Below are positions 45,345 to 58,050 of a DNA stretch of 64,000 nucleotides, one piece after another. The DNA comes from Chrysomallon squamiferum (Eukaryota; Animalia; Mollusca). The notes beneath the pieces were generated by a model. The model did no database searches, had not been told where the DNA came from, and saw nothing but the letters and a program-made list of their open reading frames with translations. Position numbers and translations under genes: made by a program. Every line of letters starts with the position of its first letter. Within the stretch, counting starts at the first letter, position 1. The stretch lies in contig CM022665.1 of NCBI GenBank assembly GCA_012295275.1, positions 15,934,001-15,998,000 on the forward strand, read 5' to 3'.

Positions 45345-47231
45345 TCAATACGAGGTGGTAACTTTCAAGAATTTTTTAAGGATTGCACACACGCACATGC
45401 AGTGATCTGCCCATGATTCATTTCGATCTACGTCAAGCCAGCTGACCATGGACAGCTCACAGATTCTTACATTCGAGTCGTATTTGACAAGAACACAAGG
45501 ATTAAAACCGCTGACTTTTCTACATGACGACTTACAATTTTCCAGGCTCGTTCTGTTCCTATCATTTAATTGACCGGTCGTAATATAATGTTCTTCATAA
45601 GCTATGAATCCATCGCCGTAGTTATTATCAGGACATTCTTAAAGAAAAAGAAAATGAATAAAAATAAATAAGGAAAAGAAAGAAAGAAAGAAAGAAAAAA
45701 AAAAGAGCTGTATGAAAAGTCAAATCTATATTTATCTGCCCCTCTCTCTCACTTTCTTTTTTCTCTTTCACTTTCTCTCATTCCTGTTCTTTATCTGTCT
45801 GTCTGTCTGACTATCTATTTACCTCTGTCTATCTGCGTATCTATTCTGTGTCTGTTTGTCTGTCTATCCATCTATCTATACCTCTGTCTGTCTGTCTATG
45901 TGTCTATCTGGCTTTTTTGTCTATGTCTGTCTATATGTATGTGTCTAAGTTTGTCTGTCTGTGTGTCTATCACCGTATCTCTCTAAATATCTATCTACCG
46001 ATCCTAATAATGATAATGATTATCACGGTCATCATGAATATCAATGTCGTCGTCAGCAAAAAAAGAAACAAAGCAAAATACAAACACAAGAGAATACTTA
46101 CTTCTGTTACAAGTATTTCTTGAAGGTGAGAAATGATACGCGACATTACACTGAATTCCGGTTGTTCGTGCAAACGTTTCCTCTGAAATACAAAATACTT
46201 AGGTAGGTTTCTTTCATAATGTATTTATATATGTATTAGCTGACATAGTTCAATAATACATTTTAATATCAAGAGGTCATTTAGCGATAAACACACACAT
46301 TTACATACAGAAACATCTATACAGAGCAGTGATTCCTTACTTGGGGCGCACGCCCCACCAGAGGGAATACTGATTATAATGGGGGGTGGGCAGTTTGAAA
46401 GCTGAAGGATCTCACTAAATGACTAACTTGCATTATTGTATCTTGAGCTCGGTGAGTGAAGCTGAACTTAAACAGGAAGAACAAAATTGTTTGCCTGATT
46501 TTTAGCTTTATTTAATTAAAGGATTCATACTTTATATTGCACTATTTACACTTTTACAAAACTCAGTTTGTTTTTAAATCAAAGGGGGGCATAACCATTT
46601 TTTAGACGCTGAGGTGGGGCACAGAGCAAAAAAGTTGGTATCCACTGACATAGAGAGATAAAGAGAAAAGAATAGAATAAATACGTTTATAGGGAGAATG
46701 AGACAGAGGGGTTGGGAAAAATGATGATTATTGGGATGATGGAAACAAAACAACAACAGTAATAATACTAATGATGATGATGATGATGATGCAAAAAAAC
46801 AGTAACAACAACAATAATAAAATAATAATAGCAGTAATAACATCTGGAAGAAGAAGAAGAAAAATATCGAAGACATTTTTTTTTTTATTACAAAACTCAC
46901 CAGGGAAATGCGTCACCTTCCAAAGAACGGAATCTTTGACGACATCCTTCGAGTATTTTCGTTCCCGCAAATTCCACGACTGAATGTAGCACTGCCCTGT
47001 TTTCTTCACATAGACAAGCGATTCACAGACGGCTTGTGACTGTATCCAGGAAAGGGAACAGAAATTAGCACACATTAGAAGCGAAATTCTTGTTATTTGT
47101 AGAGCTTCGATGTCAACGTGAATTTCCTTTTCTGGACCTTTGTCAAAGTTCAGAGTCTGCATCATTAAAGATGTTGTTGGTCTTTTTGCAGTACAAATTA
47201 CAACTATTGTAAGAAGATGTTTTATCTTCAT
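45345..47231 (-). CDS. Secreted two-PAN/apple-domain protein, copy A: join(47231-46901,46182-46102,45637-45345), 234 aa; C-terminus frameshifted relative to copy B (possible pseudogene)
   Basis: Hydrophobic N-terminus MKIKHLLTIVVICTA. PAN-like Cys pattern C-x3-C...C-x4-Y...C occurs twice (LLMCANFC...VCESLVY...GQCYI and SLENCKSSC...PCVLVKY...RICEL). Introns are GT-AG phase 1. A 13-nt deletion versus copy B lies near 45420. Confidence 0.75.
46327..46647. mobile_element. hAT-type MITE in intron 1 of PAN copy A
   Basis: Ends cagtgattccttacttgggg... and ...aaaaaagttggtatccactg resemble hAT/Charlie CAGTG termini; degenerate 8-bp TSD atacagag/acatagag; absent from the equivalent intron of copy B. 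Confidence 0.65.
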
Positions 47232-47384
47232 TTTCGTGTTTTAAGGTTCTGTTAAAATGTTGACTTGTCGATTCACGTTTCTGGGTGTTTCAAACAGTAA
47301 ACACTTTTTCTAGCAATATGTTAAAACTGACAATAAATTATATAATTGTTCACTTCCTTCATTTCTTAACAGTTTAAAATATAT

Positions 47385-47415
<31 letters not shown>

Positions 47416-48029
47416 GTTGCTGCTTAATTTTGTCTCCTTTACTAGCAATTTCAGATAATAAATACGAAAACAAAAATATTCTTTTGTTCGTTTTCAGCAA
47501 AAGAAAAAAATGAGTATTTGTTCAACTGATGGCTTTACTTCTTTTGGGCATCTCCCCGAAGATAAAAAATAAATGCTATTTGGGGTTTGTTCCCCAAAAT
47601 TTTAAATAATAAGAAACACACTGTTGTTTCTTTCCTTTTTTTCCAACGATTTGAATATTAGGAAAACTGAAATACAGTTTTATCTTTGCTCCTATTTCAT
47701 TATAAATGAGAAAAACTAAAATACAATTCACTTTTTTTATGCATCTGTTAGTAGTAATGATATTGTACCTAAGTGCTAACCTTTTTAAACAAAGTATATG
47801 TAAAACCATTTGGGAAAAACTTTTTGTAAATTATACTTAGTTGTAGATTATTAATTTTATTTTTCGAAAGATTTTATTATGCGCATGAGCAAAGTCGCCA
47901 TTTATTTTTTCACTGTTTTTTTTCTATTCGACTAGTTATAAATTTATGTATGTACGTACTTCTGTTCGAGAGTGTAAATGAATAAATGATATGTGTGTGT
48001 GTGTTTGTCTACAGTTTGTATTTATGTTC

Positions 48030-48104
<75 letters not shown>

Positions 48105-48108
<4 letters not shown>

Positions 48109-49065
48109 TATTGACTCAATTCGACAAATGTTTCCTTTTAATTGAATATAATAATAGAATAACAGAATTAAAAAAATGATCCCTGTAGGAGAGTATGGCA
48201 AAATTATCAGTGGCAATGTCTCCAAGAAGATTTCGCACCAATACTATATTTTTAAGAAGTATGAAGTTCTTTAGTGTGGTGAAAGATTGATAAGACGACC
48301 TTAGCTTGCAGATGAATCTCCTCTGTACTTCCTGTCAGTTATAATGTGGTTAAACGTGCTCGCGATGGTCCATGGGAAACCTAGGCATCCACAGAACCAA
48401 GAGTCCGTAGGAAGAGCTAACTGTGACATTAAGGACATGCTTGTTTGTTTGTTAGGAAATAACAATGTAACAGAATGGACTGTTCGTTTCAAATTTGTTC
48501 AGTTTCAGAAGAACTTCAGTCTTCACAGTATAATTAAGTGTTCCCCATTTGTAGCACTGTTGGATTCTGGTTCTCGTACTAGCCTGAAAATCATATAGCC
48601 TCACTCCTGAAATTCTCCATCGACTGCAGTCAGAGGCTGATCAACTTGCAGCCATTGCATTTCCAGTCACTGATGAAGCTGCTGATTGTAGCAGCAGACT
48701 GTTCTATGTCTAGCCCGGCAAGTCCTCCCAACTTTTCAACTACATCAGATGAAGTTATTCAGAGCGCTCAAGTAGAACTTGTTTCCTGTTGTCAAGAAGT
48801 GATTCAGATTCAGAGAAAGAGAATTAAATGAAGTCCAGACGATGCAAATTGAACGCATGGTGAAAAGAAGTATCTGTATCTATGCACCTGCACAAGTCGG
48901 CGACAATATGACTGTACCTATATTCCGCATGATGACAGAGGTAGAACTGACCCATGCAAGCAAAATGATGTGTGTGCTGCGAAGCTGTATTCTGCAGATG
49001 ACTTCAACACAGAAAAAAACATTTCTCTTCGCCAAGATGCGCAAATTCCAAGTTGTCAAACTAAT
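48105..49065 (+). mobile_element. Decayed, internally deleted SCAND3/KRBA2-type (Ginger-like) integrase transposon remnant
   Basis: Fragments read QYYIFKKYEVL*CG..., MVHGKPRHPQNQESVGRANCDIKDML...FVQFQKN...HSIIKCSPFVAL and QIERMVKRS...VGDNMTVPI. These resemble the HGKPRHSQSQGSVERAN motif of this integrase family (from memory). Stops and frameshifts are present. Confidence 0.85.
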
Positions 49066-49102
49066 CGTTGCTTATATGTACGTATGTATGCATATATGTA
49101 TG

Positions 49103-49157
<55 letters not shown>

Positions 49158-49508
49158 TCAGCATGTATGTGTTTGTATGCATATTTGTGTGTATGTATGT
49201 GCATGTATATTTCTGTATGTGGATATGTGTTTGTGTGTATAATTTAAAGTATTCCTTCACGAAACACATTACATTTATTTTTCTATTATATTACTAGAAA
49301 TATATAAATGTTAACGAGTATACATGAAATATATATGCTTGTCCATTATATTTAACAGTGCTGTAAACTATACACTCAACTTAATTATTTATTTGAAATG
49401 TACTCGACCAAGTAAGATTTATGTCAGATTAGGTTTAGAATAAATAATTAAAAATATTTTTCAAACTTTCACTACAGATTATATTTTCTTTCGATTAGCG
49501 ATCTCTTG

Positions 49509-49551
<43 letters not shown>

Positions 49552-49769
49552 TCAATACTGAGGTAAAACCATAACGAATTTTAGTTAATCTGAATATTAA
49601 GCATAAATTTGTAATGAGAGTGACGATAGTGATAGTAGCAGTGGTAGTAGTAATGGTAGTAGTAGTAGCAGCAGTAGTAATAATAATGATGGTGATGATG
49701 ATGATGATGAATAATAATAATAATGTTAAATTGAGGTGGCACTGCCTTTTTTCACTGTTTAAGAATTTT

Positions 49770-51141
49770 TTAAGGATTGCACACGCGCATATACAGTGTT
49801 CTGCCCGTGATTCCTATTCCTTTTCCATTGAGATCTACGTCAAGCCAGCTGACCGTGAACAGCTCACAGATTCTTACGTTCGAGTCATAATTGACAAGAA
49901 CACAAGGATAAACACCGCTGACGTTTCTACATGACGACTTACAATTTTCCAGGCTCGTTCTTTTCCAGTTTTGTGAGAAATTGGTGTTAATAAAATGTTC
50001 CTTGTAAGCTATGAAACCATCGCCGTAGTTATTATCAGGACATCCTTAAAGTAAAATAGGAAAAGAAAAAGAAATTACAGAGAGCTGTATGAAGAGTCAA
50101 ATCAGTATTAATCTTTCTCACTCGTTCTGTTCGTTTCTCTCTCTCATTTTGTCATCATTCTTCTGTTTCTTTATCCATCTGGTTAGTTACATACCTATTA
50201 CCTATGACTGAACGAATCAGTATATCTGACTGGTTCTATCTCTGTGTCCATCTCTCTCTGTCCATCTCTCTGTCTGTCTATCTTTGTTTCTGTATATTCT
50301 ATGTATGTATGTATGTATGTATGTATGTACGCATGCATGTATGTATGATTGTAACTATCTGTCTTTTTTCTATCTATCAATCTATCTGGCTGTCTGTGTC
50401 TTTCTGACAGTCAGTCTGTCTATGTATCTGTTTCTCTCTGTCTCTCTGACTGATATATTGATCTGACTGTCAGCAACTATAATAATTATAATGGTTATTA
50501 TGGTCATCTTCATTAAATGATAATAATGATATTGAAAAAGAAACAAAGCAAAATACAAACACAAGAGAATACTTACTTCTGTTACAAGTATTTCTTGAAG
50601 GTGAGAAATGATATGCGACATTACACTGAATTTCGGTTGTTCTTGCAAAGGTTTCCTCTGAAATATAAAATATTTGCGTAGGTGTCTTTCATAATGTATT
50701 TGTATATGTATTAACTAACATATTTTAATAACGCATTTTAATGTCTAGAAAAGAACACAAATATCGAAGGTATTATATATATATATATATTATACAAAAC
50801 TCACCAGGGAAATGCGTCACCTTCCAAAGAACGGAATCTTTGACAACATCCTTCGAGTATTTTCGTTCCCGCAAATTCCACGACTGAATGTAGCACTGCC
50901 CTGTTTTCTTCACATAGACAAGCGATTCACAGACGGCTTGTGACTGTATCCAGGAAAGGGAACAGAAATTAGCACACATTAGAAGCGAAATACTTGTTAT
51001 TTGTAGAGCTTCGATGTCAACGTGAATTTCCTTTTCTGGACCTTTGTCAAAGTTCAGAGTCTGCATCATTAAAGATGTTGTTGGTCTTTTTGCAGTACAA
51101 AATACAATTATGATAAGAAGATGTTTTATCTTCATCTTCAT
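49770..51141 (-). CDS. Secreted two-PAN/apple-domain protein, copy B (intact ORF): join(51141-50805,50657-50577,50044-49770), 230 aa
   Basis: Signal-peptide-like MKMKIKHLLIIIVFCTA; same exon structure as copy A; ends ...CELFTVSWLDVDLNGKGIGITGRTLYMRVCNP*. Confidence 0.82.
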
Positions 51142-51799
51142 GTTTTAAGGTTCTGAGGTTTAAAATATATAATCTTTTTTTTAGTTACTGCTTAATTTTG
51201 TCTCCTTTACTAGCAATTTCAGATAATAAATATAAAAACAAAAATATTCTTTTGTTCGTTTTCAGCAAAAGAAAAAAATGAGTATTTGTTCAACTGATGG
51301 CTTTACTTCTTTTGGGCCTCTCCCCGAAGATAAAAAATAAATGCTATTTGGGTTTTTTTTCCCAAAATTTAAAATAATAAGAAACACACTGCTGTTTCTT
51401 TTTCCTGTTTTCCAACGATTTGAATATTAGGAAAACTGAAATACAGTTTTATCTTTGCTCCTATTTCATTATAAATGAGAACAATTAAAACACAATTCAC
51501 TTTTTTTTGCATCTGTTAGTAATAATGATATTGTACTTAAGTGCCAATCTTTTTAAACAAATATATGTAAAACCATTTGGGAATAATTCTTGTAAAGTAT
51601 ACTTAGTTGTAAATTATTAATCTTATTTTTCGAAGGATTTTATTATACACATGGGCAAAATCTTCATTTATTTTACTAATCTTTTTCTTGTCCACTGATT
51701 ATAAATTTATTATGAATTTTTATGTATTTGTATGTGTCCGTGTTACAGAAGTATGTTTCCATGTATGGCTTACTTTGCATAGTTTGTATTTATGTACGT

Positions 51800-51892
<93 letters not shown>

Positions 51893-53333
51893 CACTTAAT
51901 ACAGACTGACTTTTAACTGAATAAAATAAAAGGATTACACAAATACATGCTGACTCTCATCTTTTATTCTTTTTACTTTACTTCGACAGTATGTGTATGT
52001 GCGTGCATCTGACTTGTTTGTCTGTATGTATGTACATATGTGTATATATATGGATGGATGGACAGATGTTTTGTTCTGATAAACTGATGATATGAAAAGA
52101 AGTATGCATGGACTAGGAAACAAAAGAACAATCTAATCCTAAGATCAGTAAGGTGTATTTAGAACATAAATTGTCTGACCAATGTAAATTAAAGGTAAAA
52201 CTGGATATCCTGTTTGGATTCATTACGAGAAGCAGCTTTTGTTAGCTAATTAGCATGTTAGTTATTATAAAAAGACCTCTTCTACGACATCAACTTTGTC
52301 CTCTTTGCAGCTAGCACGATTAGAGGCATCTACTTCAACGAACAAGGTAATTTAATATTTTATTATAGTTAAATTATTCGATTATGACTGCAAACGAAAT
52401 GATTTTTGGTTTGTTTTAAATTCAAATAAATCTTTTTTCAGTAACAGTTCGGAATGTTCCTTAAAGTAGTAATAACTAAAATAAATAAGTAGAGATAAAT
52501 TAAGAGAATATAATATATATTCCTTCTGCATGAACCATCAATAAACTCTAGCTGTGAATGTAGTCAAACGATTAATTTGGAAGAATACAGAATATATTTA
52601 GTCTTTTGTGTCGTATCACGAAAAGTATATTTTAAACCAAAACAACAAGAATACTATGAATTTTACTTTGAATTTGATAAATCTATATAAAATTTTCCTT
52701 TTTGTAGATATTTCATAAAAAATATTAAACATTAAATTAAAGAAGATACAAACAAATAAAGACAAAAACCCAGTAAATAAGTAAATTAAATAATTCAGGT
52801 AGTAAGGCTATAATAGTTAAATAATTAAATAATGATAAACATAAAATAAAAATTAAATAACTAAATAAATAATAAAAAATCAAACAAACAACAACGAAAC
52901 AAAAACAACAGCAACGGCAAGAACGTTTGGAGCATTTGTGAATGTTCCCAAATATAACATGTGTTACAAAATTAATTATTATTTATTTCTTTTGTTGAAA
53001 TCATGTGATTATTTTTTTACTACCACGCAAAATGTAAGAAAACACACAACTTAAAAAAAAAAAAAAAAAAAAAAAAAGCTGAGAACAATTTAATAATAAT
53101 GATCATGATGATAAATAACAGAACAAAGTATATACTGGCAAAAAGTTAAAGATAAATATTTTACTTAAAAATATACTTGTTTTACACAATTTTATCCTCA
53201 TTTTTTTTTTCTATAATAATAATAATAATAATAATAATAATTAATAATAAATAAATTAATAAATAAATTAATAAGCAGCATTTTTCGTTATTTATAAACC
53301 ATTTTTTTTATCAGATGTACTCTTATTTTTGTT

Positions 53334-53368
<35 letters not shown>

Positions 53369-53535
53369 GTTGTTTGCAAAGACTGATCAGTTGATACCAT
53401 TCTTATTGTGATTGCGATTTGTTTACATTATACAGCCTCGTTTTGGTCGCATTATGTCATTATTAATACTTTTGACTTTCGAAGAGTTGTCTATCCTGAT
53501 ACGTTAGAGTTTACATCCGGTTTTGCTTTTACAAA

Positions 53536-55065
53536 ATGATATGTTTGTTTAGAAAATCAGCTGATTTAGTTCAAAAGTAGTTATATTATCATTTAATTAG
53601 TTTTTCTGTCTCCAAAACAGGAACATTCGAAATCAAGAAATAATATAATTTTGTGTTGACAGCGTTCTTTAAGTTAATATTTCAAATGTGAATTTAAAGA
53701 CGAATAGTTGTCTGCTACTGTCTTCCGATAACGCGTAACGGCGCAGTAACTGTTAAAATTAAATATAACAAATAATTATAATATTCAAATTTAGGACATA
53801 ATATTTTTTCGTGTTCCATATATATTTTAATCGAATGTAAATATTATGAAAATATGTTCTTAAAGGGATAAAGTAAAATTAAAATTAAATATTGAATATT
53901 CGTTATATTAGTGCATTGGAGGCTATCAGTGCGGTGGTTACAGTCTGTGAAACTTTCATGTAATAATAATAAAACTAATATATTATTTTCTTCTGTGATT
54001 AATTAAGTCTGTTGTTATGATTTGTTTTCAGACAGTTACGTTTATCTGCTGTTAGTTGGCAGCAAATACAAAGATGTCAAAGCAAACCTGAATCAAAACC
54101 AGAAACAGAACAAATTCATCTGAGTGATAACTGTATCAAGGTATTAAAATATAAAAAACTGTATTTTAAAATCTGCTTTAATATTTACATATACACATAC
54201 AATCATACATGCACAGCATAGTTTTACAGCACATTACTTAAGTTCCCTTTTTTATTACATTAATGTCATGCGTTTGATACTGAATGGCTAATATTATTAT
54301 CAATTTTAGCAATTGAAAAAGCTGGGAACAAATGACAACTTGAGGGTTTTTGTTGAGGGTGGAGGTTGTTCTGGATTCCAGTACAAATTTGATCTGGATG
54401 CATCATTTAATCCAGAAGAAGATAGGTTTGTTATAAACTTTTTTTTTTTTTTTTTTTTTTTGTTAGCTTACCTAATTTACAACTTAATGGTAAAATAAAT
54501 AACCCAAATATAAAAAAAAACAAATAAAACAAAATAAAATAAAGGCATTTGTGCCAGATGTGATTTGCAATAACTGCTGACCTTTGGTTCTTAAACTTTA
54601 TTTCAGCACTTAATAATATTGAAGGTTAAATGTTTATACCTGTTGTAGACGTACAGAGAGAATGAATTACTAAGTGAAGTCGCAAACATTTGTAAATTTA
54701 TTGTATTTACAGCCCCTTAGTGTATTTTCCCAGCACTTGAAAGGGATACTATTGACCAGGTTGAAAATCACTGCCACCAACATAAAACTTACATTCTTTA
54801 TTTGTCTTATGTAGTGACAATAATAAATTAATTCTACAATTTTAATGACAAAAGTTTAAATGTATATTTATTTTATTATTTCAATTTCAGGCTGATTGAG
54901 AAAGATGGGGTGAAAGTTGTAATAGACAGAGAATCACTGGAGTTTCTGAAAGGCTCAACAATTGATTACAGTGAGGAACTCATCCGCTCTGCATTTCGAG
55001 TAATCAACAATCCAGTCGCTGAACAAGGATGTTCTTGTGGTTCATCGTTTAATGTCAAACTTTGA
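53536..55065 (+). CDS. ISCA2: Iron-sulfur cluster assembly 2 homolog, mitochondrial: join(53536-53576?,54032-54140,54310-54425,54891-55065), ~146 aa
   Basis: [14 protein letters not shown]...[20 protein letters not shown]...[46 protein letters not shown] carries the A-type carrier Cys motifs. Exons 2-4 are solid. Exon 1 (caaa[17 protein letters not shown], phase-2 donor gtagtt) is tentative. Confidence 0.92.
54032..54140 (+). CDS. ISCA2: ISCA2 exon 2
   Basis: ttttcag|a cag tta cgt ... tgt atc aag|gtatta. Confidence 0.85.
54310..54425 (+). CDS. ISCA2: ISCA2 exon 3
   Basis: ttttag|caa ttg aaa ... gat ag|gtttgt; contains GGGCSGFQY. Confidence 0.93.
54891..55065 (+). CDS. ISCA2: ISCA2 last coding exon
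   Basis: tttcag|g ctg att gag ... [14 protein letters not shown]. Confidence 0.94.
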
Positions 55066-58050
55066 CATACGTCTCTCACCTTTAGTACATTTGGCCAACA
55101 TTTCTAACTGTGAATATTCACACACATCTACTGAATGTGTAAATTAAACTTTGTGTTAGTTTTTGTGTGCTGCAAGTTTTTTCAGACCATTTCAGTGGAG
55201 TGATGTGATATGTTGTAAATAAATACCCAGCATCATGCAGAAAACTTCATTAAGCCAATTATTGTCTGTTCCTTAGAGGTAAAAATTCTTCTCCAACTAA
55301 TCAGTTCATTAAATAAATGTTTTGGTTCATCATTTTGCTGAAAATGTAGTTTTTTGTGTAAACTTCAAATAAGCATTTAGTTCTTTTTCAATTAAAAAAA
55401 ATAAAATCAGTTAAAAACCTCAGAATAAATATAATCTCCATTAATTATAAATCAGAAGTATTTGGGTTTTTTCAATTTCTGAGTTTTTATCAAATTATAA
55501 AAATTAATTAATGATTTAACCCCTTACACACTTGTTGTTAATTTTAGTTTCATTAATAAAATTTTTATTCTTACATTAACTTTTAGTTTGGAAAGATTTT
55601 CTGTGATTTGGTTTCAGTGTTAATTTGTAAATAATAGATGTGACTGATATTAATGTATGTTTGAACTGCTTGTTTGGTGACATGTTTTAATGTTTTTAAA
55701 CTATCAGGCTTTTTTATGTATGTTTTATTGTTCTGTCCTGGTATTTTTTGTCCACCTGCGTAATTCTAACTTTGAATTTTTTTTATTTTGTTTTTGGAAA
55801 GACCAAAAATAAGAAGCAATCACAAAACCCAAATTGTGGTACATAACAAGCAGACTACTTGTCACAGTATGTTTAATTTTTCAGCAGTTGGAACTGGTTT
55901 TGTTAAGTACAAATAGAATCATCAACTAATTATTTTTCTGCTCGTGAAAAATTAGTCTGAAAATATGTGAAGCAAATGTATGTTTATGTTGAAATGATTA
56001 TTTTATTTTTGTTTGTATTTTTTAAAGATAGTGGCATATTGTCAGAGTTGTAAAAAATAATATTTCAATTAAAATTGAGTATTTTTTTACTAATACCTTT
56101 TGTTTTTTTAAATTCTGTTTAAAATGGGTGTGGTTATTATTACTGTTGTACCATATTTTTATAGTATCCTTTCCATACTATGTACGTTAAAGGGTGCTTT
56201 ATGATGTAAGAGGTAATAAAATATGTTCGCTATTTTGTTCAGTATTATGTTAGCTCCTCGATAAAATACAAAGGAATAAATTCTAGATGGATGGATGTGT
56301 TAACAGAATTACTAATTGGTAATAAAATAAAACAGAAAACATTTTTTAAAATTTTCATGTTTATTACTAACTGATAATTAACAAAATCCATTTCCACAAC
56401 ACAAATTCCTAACAAAATATCATGTCGACTATTTCTTGACATTTTTAATATTGACAGACATTAAATTCACTACTAACAACATCACAGTCTTTGAGTCTAT
56501 CTGAATTCTTACTTAGAATTCTGTGATTGTCACCTATGAGTTTTAATATTTTTAGCATTATGCTGGACTACATCAGAATCTCATAGATTATTATAAGAAA
56601 GGTAATTAAAATTTTCCCCTATCAAACTTAACAGAACTAAGAACAAGCCTCGTGTGGCTGTTCAGTATCAGTAAAACTAAAAAATCTGTTACAAAAATAA
56701 ATAAACACATACTGATAAATTTAATCTGCTGATCAAAGGAAAGATATAATTGCAAACTCCAGTGATCAAATAAAATACTGGTAAATACACTATATAAAAT
56801 AATAATTAAAAAACCCACTAAAGGCTTACTAATTAAAATATCAGCATGTTCTTTAAAAAAGTTAAATTATAAAATTAATTCAAAATTCAGAGTATATTAA
56901 TTTAATTTTTAAAGGTTTCATTTTATAGAAACACAGTGTAAATTATATGAAAGAATTATTAAATTTATTACATTCATTTAGACCAGGCTTGCTATGTGAC
57001 AGTGAAATAACCAGCACTGTTCTTGGAATTTCATGAGCTCGGTCAACCAGTTGTTAACAATAAATAACCAACATAACACTAAACACATAATGATATATAC
57101 ATAGATATGTCTTCATAGAACACAATCATTAGCCATATATACACAATCTCATCAATGTTAAAAAATAAATTTATTCTTTTAACTATTGTTTTAGATATTT
57201 TTTTAAATTTTGGAAAAAAAATATAATTAATCATTTCATATGTGGCAGCTCAAAGAACATTTGGGCCTATATGGGGCCAACCGTAGAGAAAATACATTTT
57301 TGAATCCCATCACTGATGTTAAATGATATTCAACTTTGGATAAATCTATTACATTACAGTAAACAGTAATGTATAAAAATTAAAATACTATCTTCTTATA
57401 CTGCTAATCATTTTGCTATAGGAAATAAAAATTAGTAACTTTTATAAATTATAAATTCTTATTTGGAATACTGAATTTTGTAAAACTGACCTATTAGCAT
57501 CAGCAAAAACAGTAAAAACCAAGCTTACAGAAGCATCCTTTCTGATAAATAAAAAGTACTTTGCAGTCAAGTGTCTGAATAGAACAGAAAGACTATTTTC
57601 TTAATATTCAAGAAATCACTTGTACTTTTAGTGTACCTTTGGGGGATAGGAAAAATACTGTCTAAAGATATTCTGAATATCTTCTTAGTTACTTTGTAAT
57701 CTAGAATTAATTAATAACAAAGCATAACAACAAATGAGTAAAGTTTAAAAATATCTGGGCACTGCCATTTTTCTGGACTTGTGTTGGTTTCACGTAAAGA
57801 GCAGACCAGTCTGCACTAAAGTTTCTTCCAGCAATATCAGTCCACCATGTTTGCAGTGTCATGACTCCAGTTGTGAATGAAGTGGTCAAATGTTTTGTAA
57901 CAGTATTTTTTTAAAGACATGCTTGGTTAGGTCAGATCATAAAGAATAAAACTTGGGAAGTATAATGAATTGCACTACAGCATTAGTTCGTACCATAGGT
58001 ACAGTTTAATAAATAAATATACTAGAATACGTTTCTACTAAAAATATCCA

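Larger units (their letters stand above)
45350..51890. repeat. Tandem segmental duplication (~45350-48104 and ~49730-51890)
   Basis: Exons, intron flanks and ~500 bp of upstream sequence (47415-47920 vs 51182-51690) align; both copies end in a (GA)n tract. Confidence 0.92.

Noticed and set aside
45530-45535. GTAAGT on the minus strand as a splice donor ending PAN exon 3 (also at 49937-49942)
   Set aside because: Reading through gives CKSSC...C...Y...C, completing the second PAN domain in both copies and reaching a natural stop in copy B, so it is most likely coding.
52255-52314. ATG at 52255 as the ISCA2 start
   Set aside because: The frame hits TAG before the donor at 52346; the ATG at 53536 fits phase and length better.
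54700-54775. hAT-like terminus (ggttgaaaatcactg) in ISCA2 intron 3
   Set aside because: Only one end is visible, with no partner TIR or TSD.
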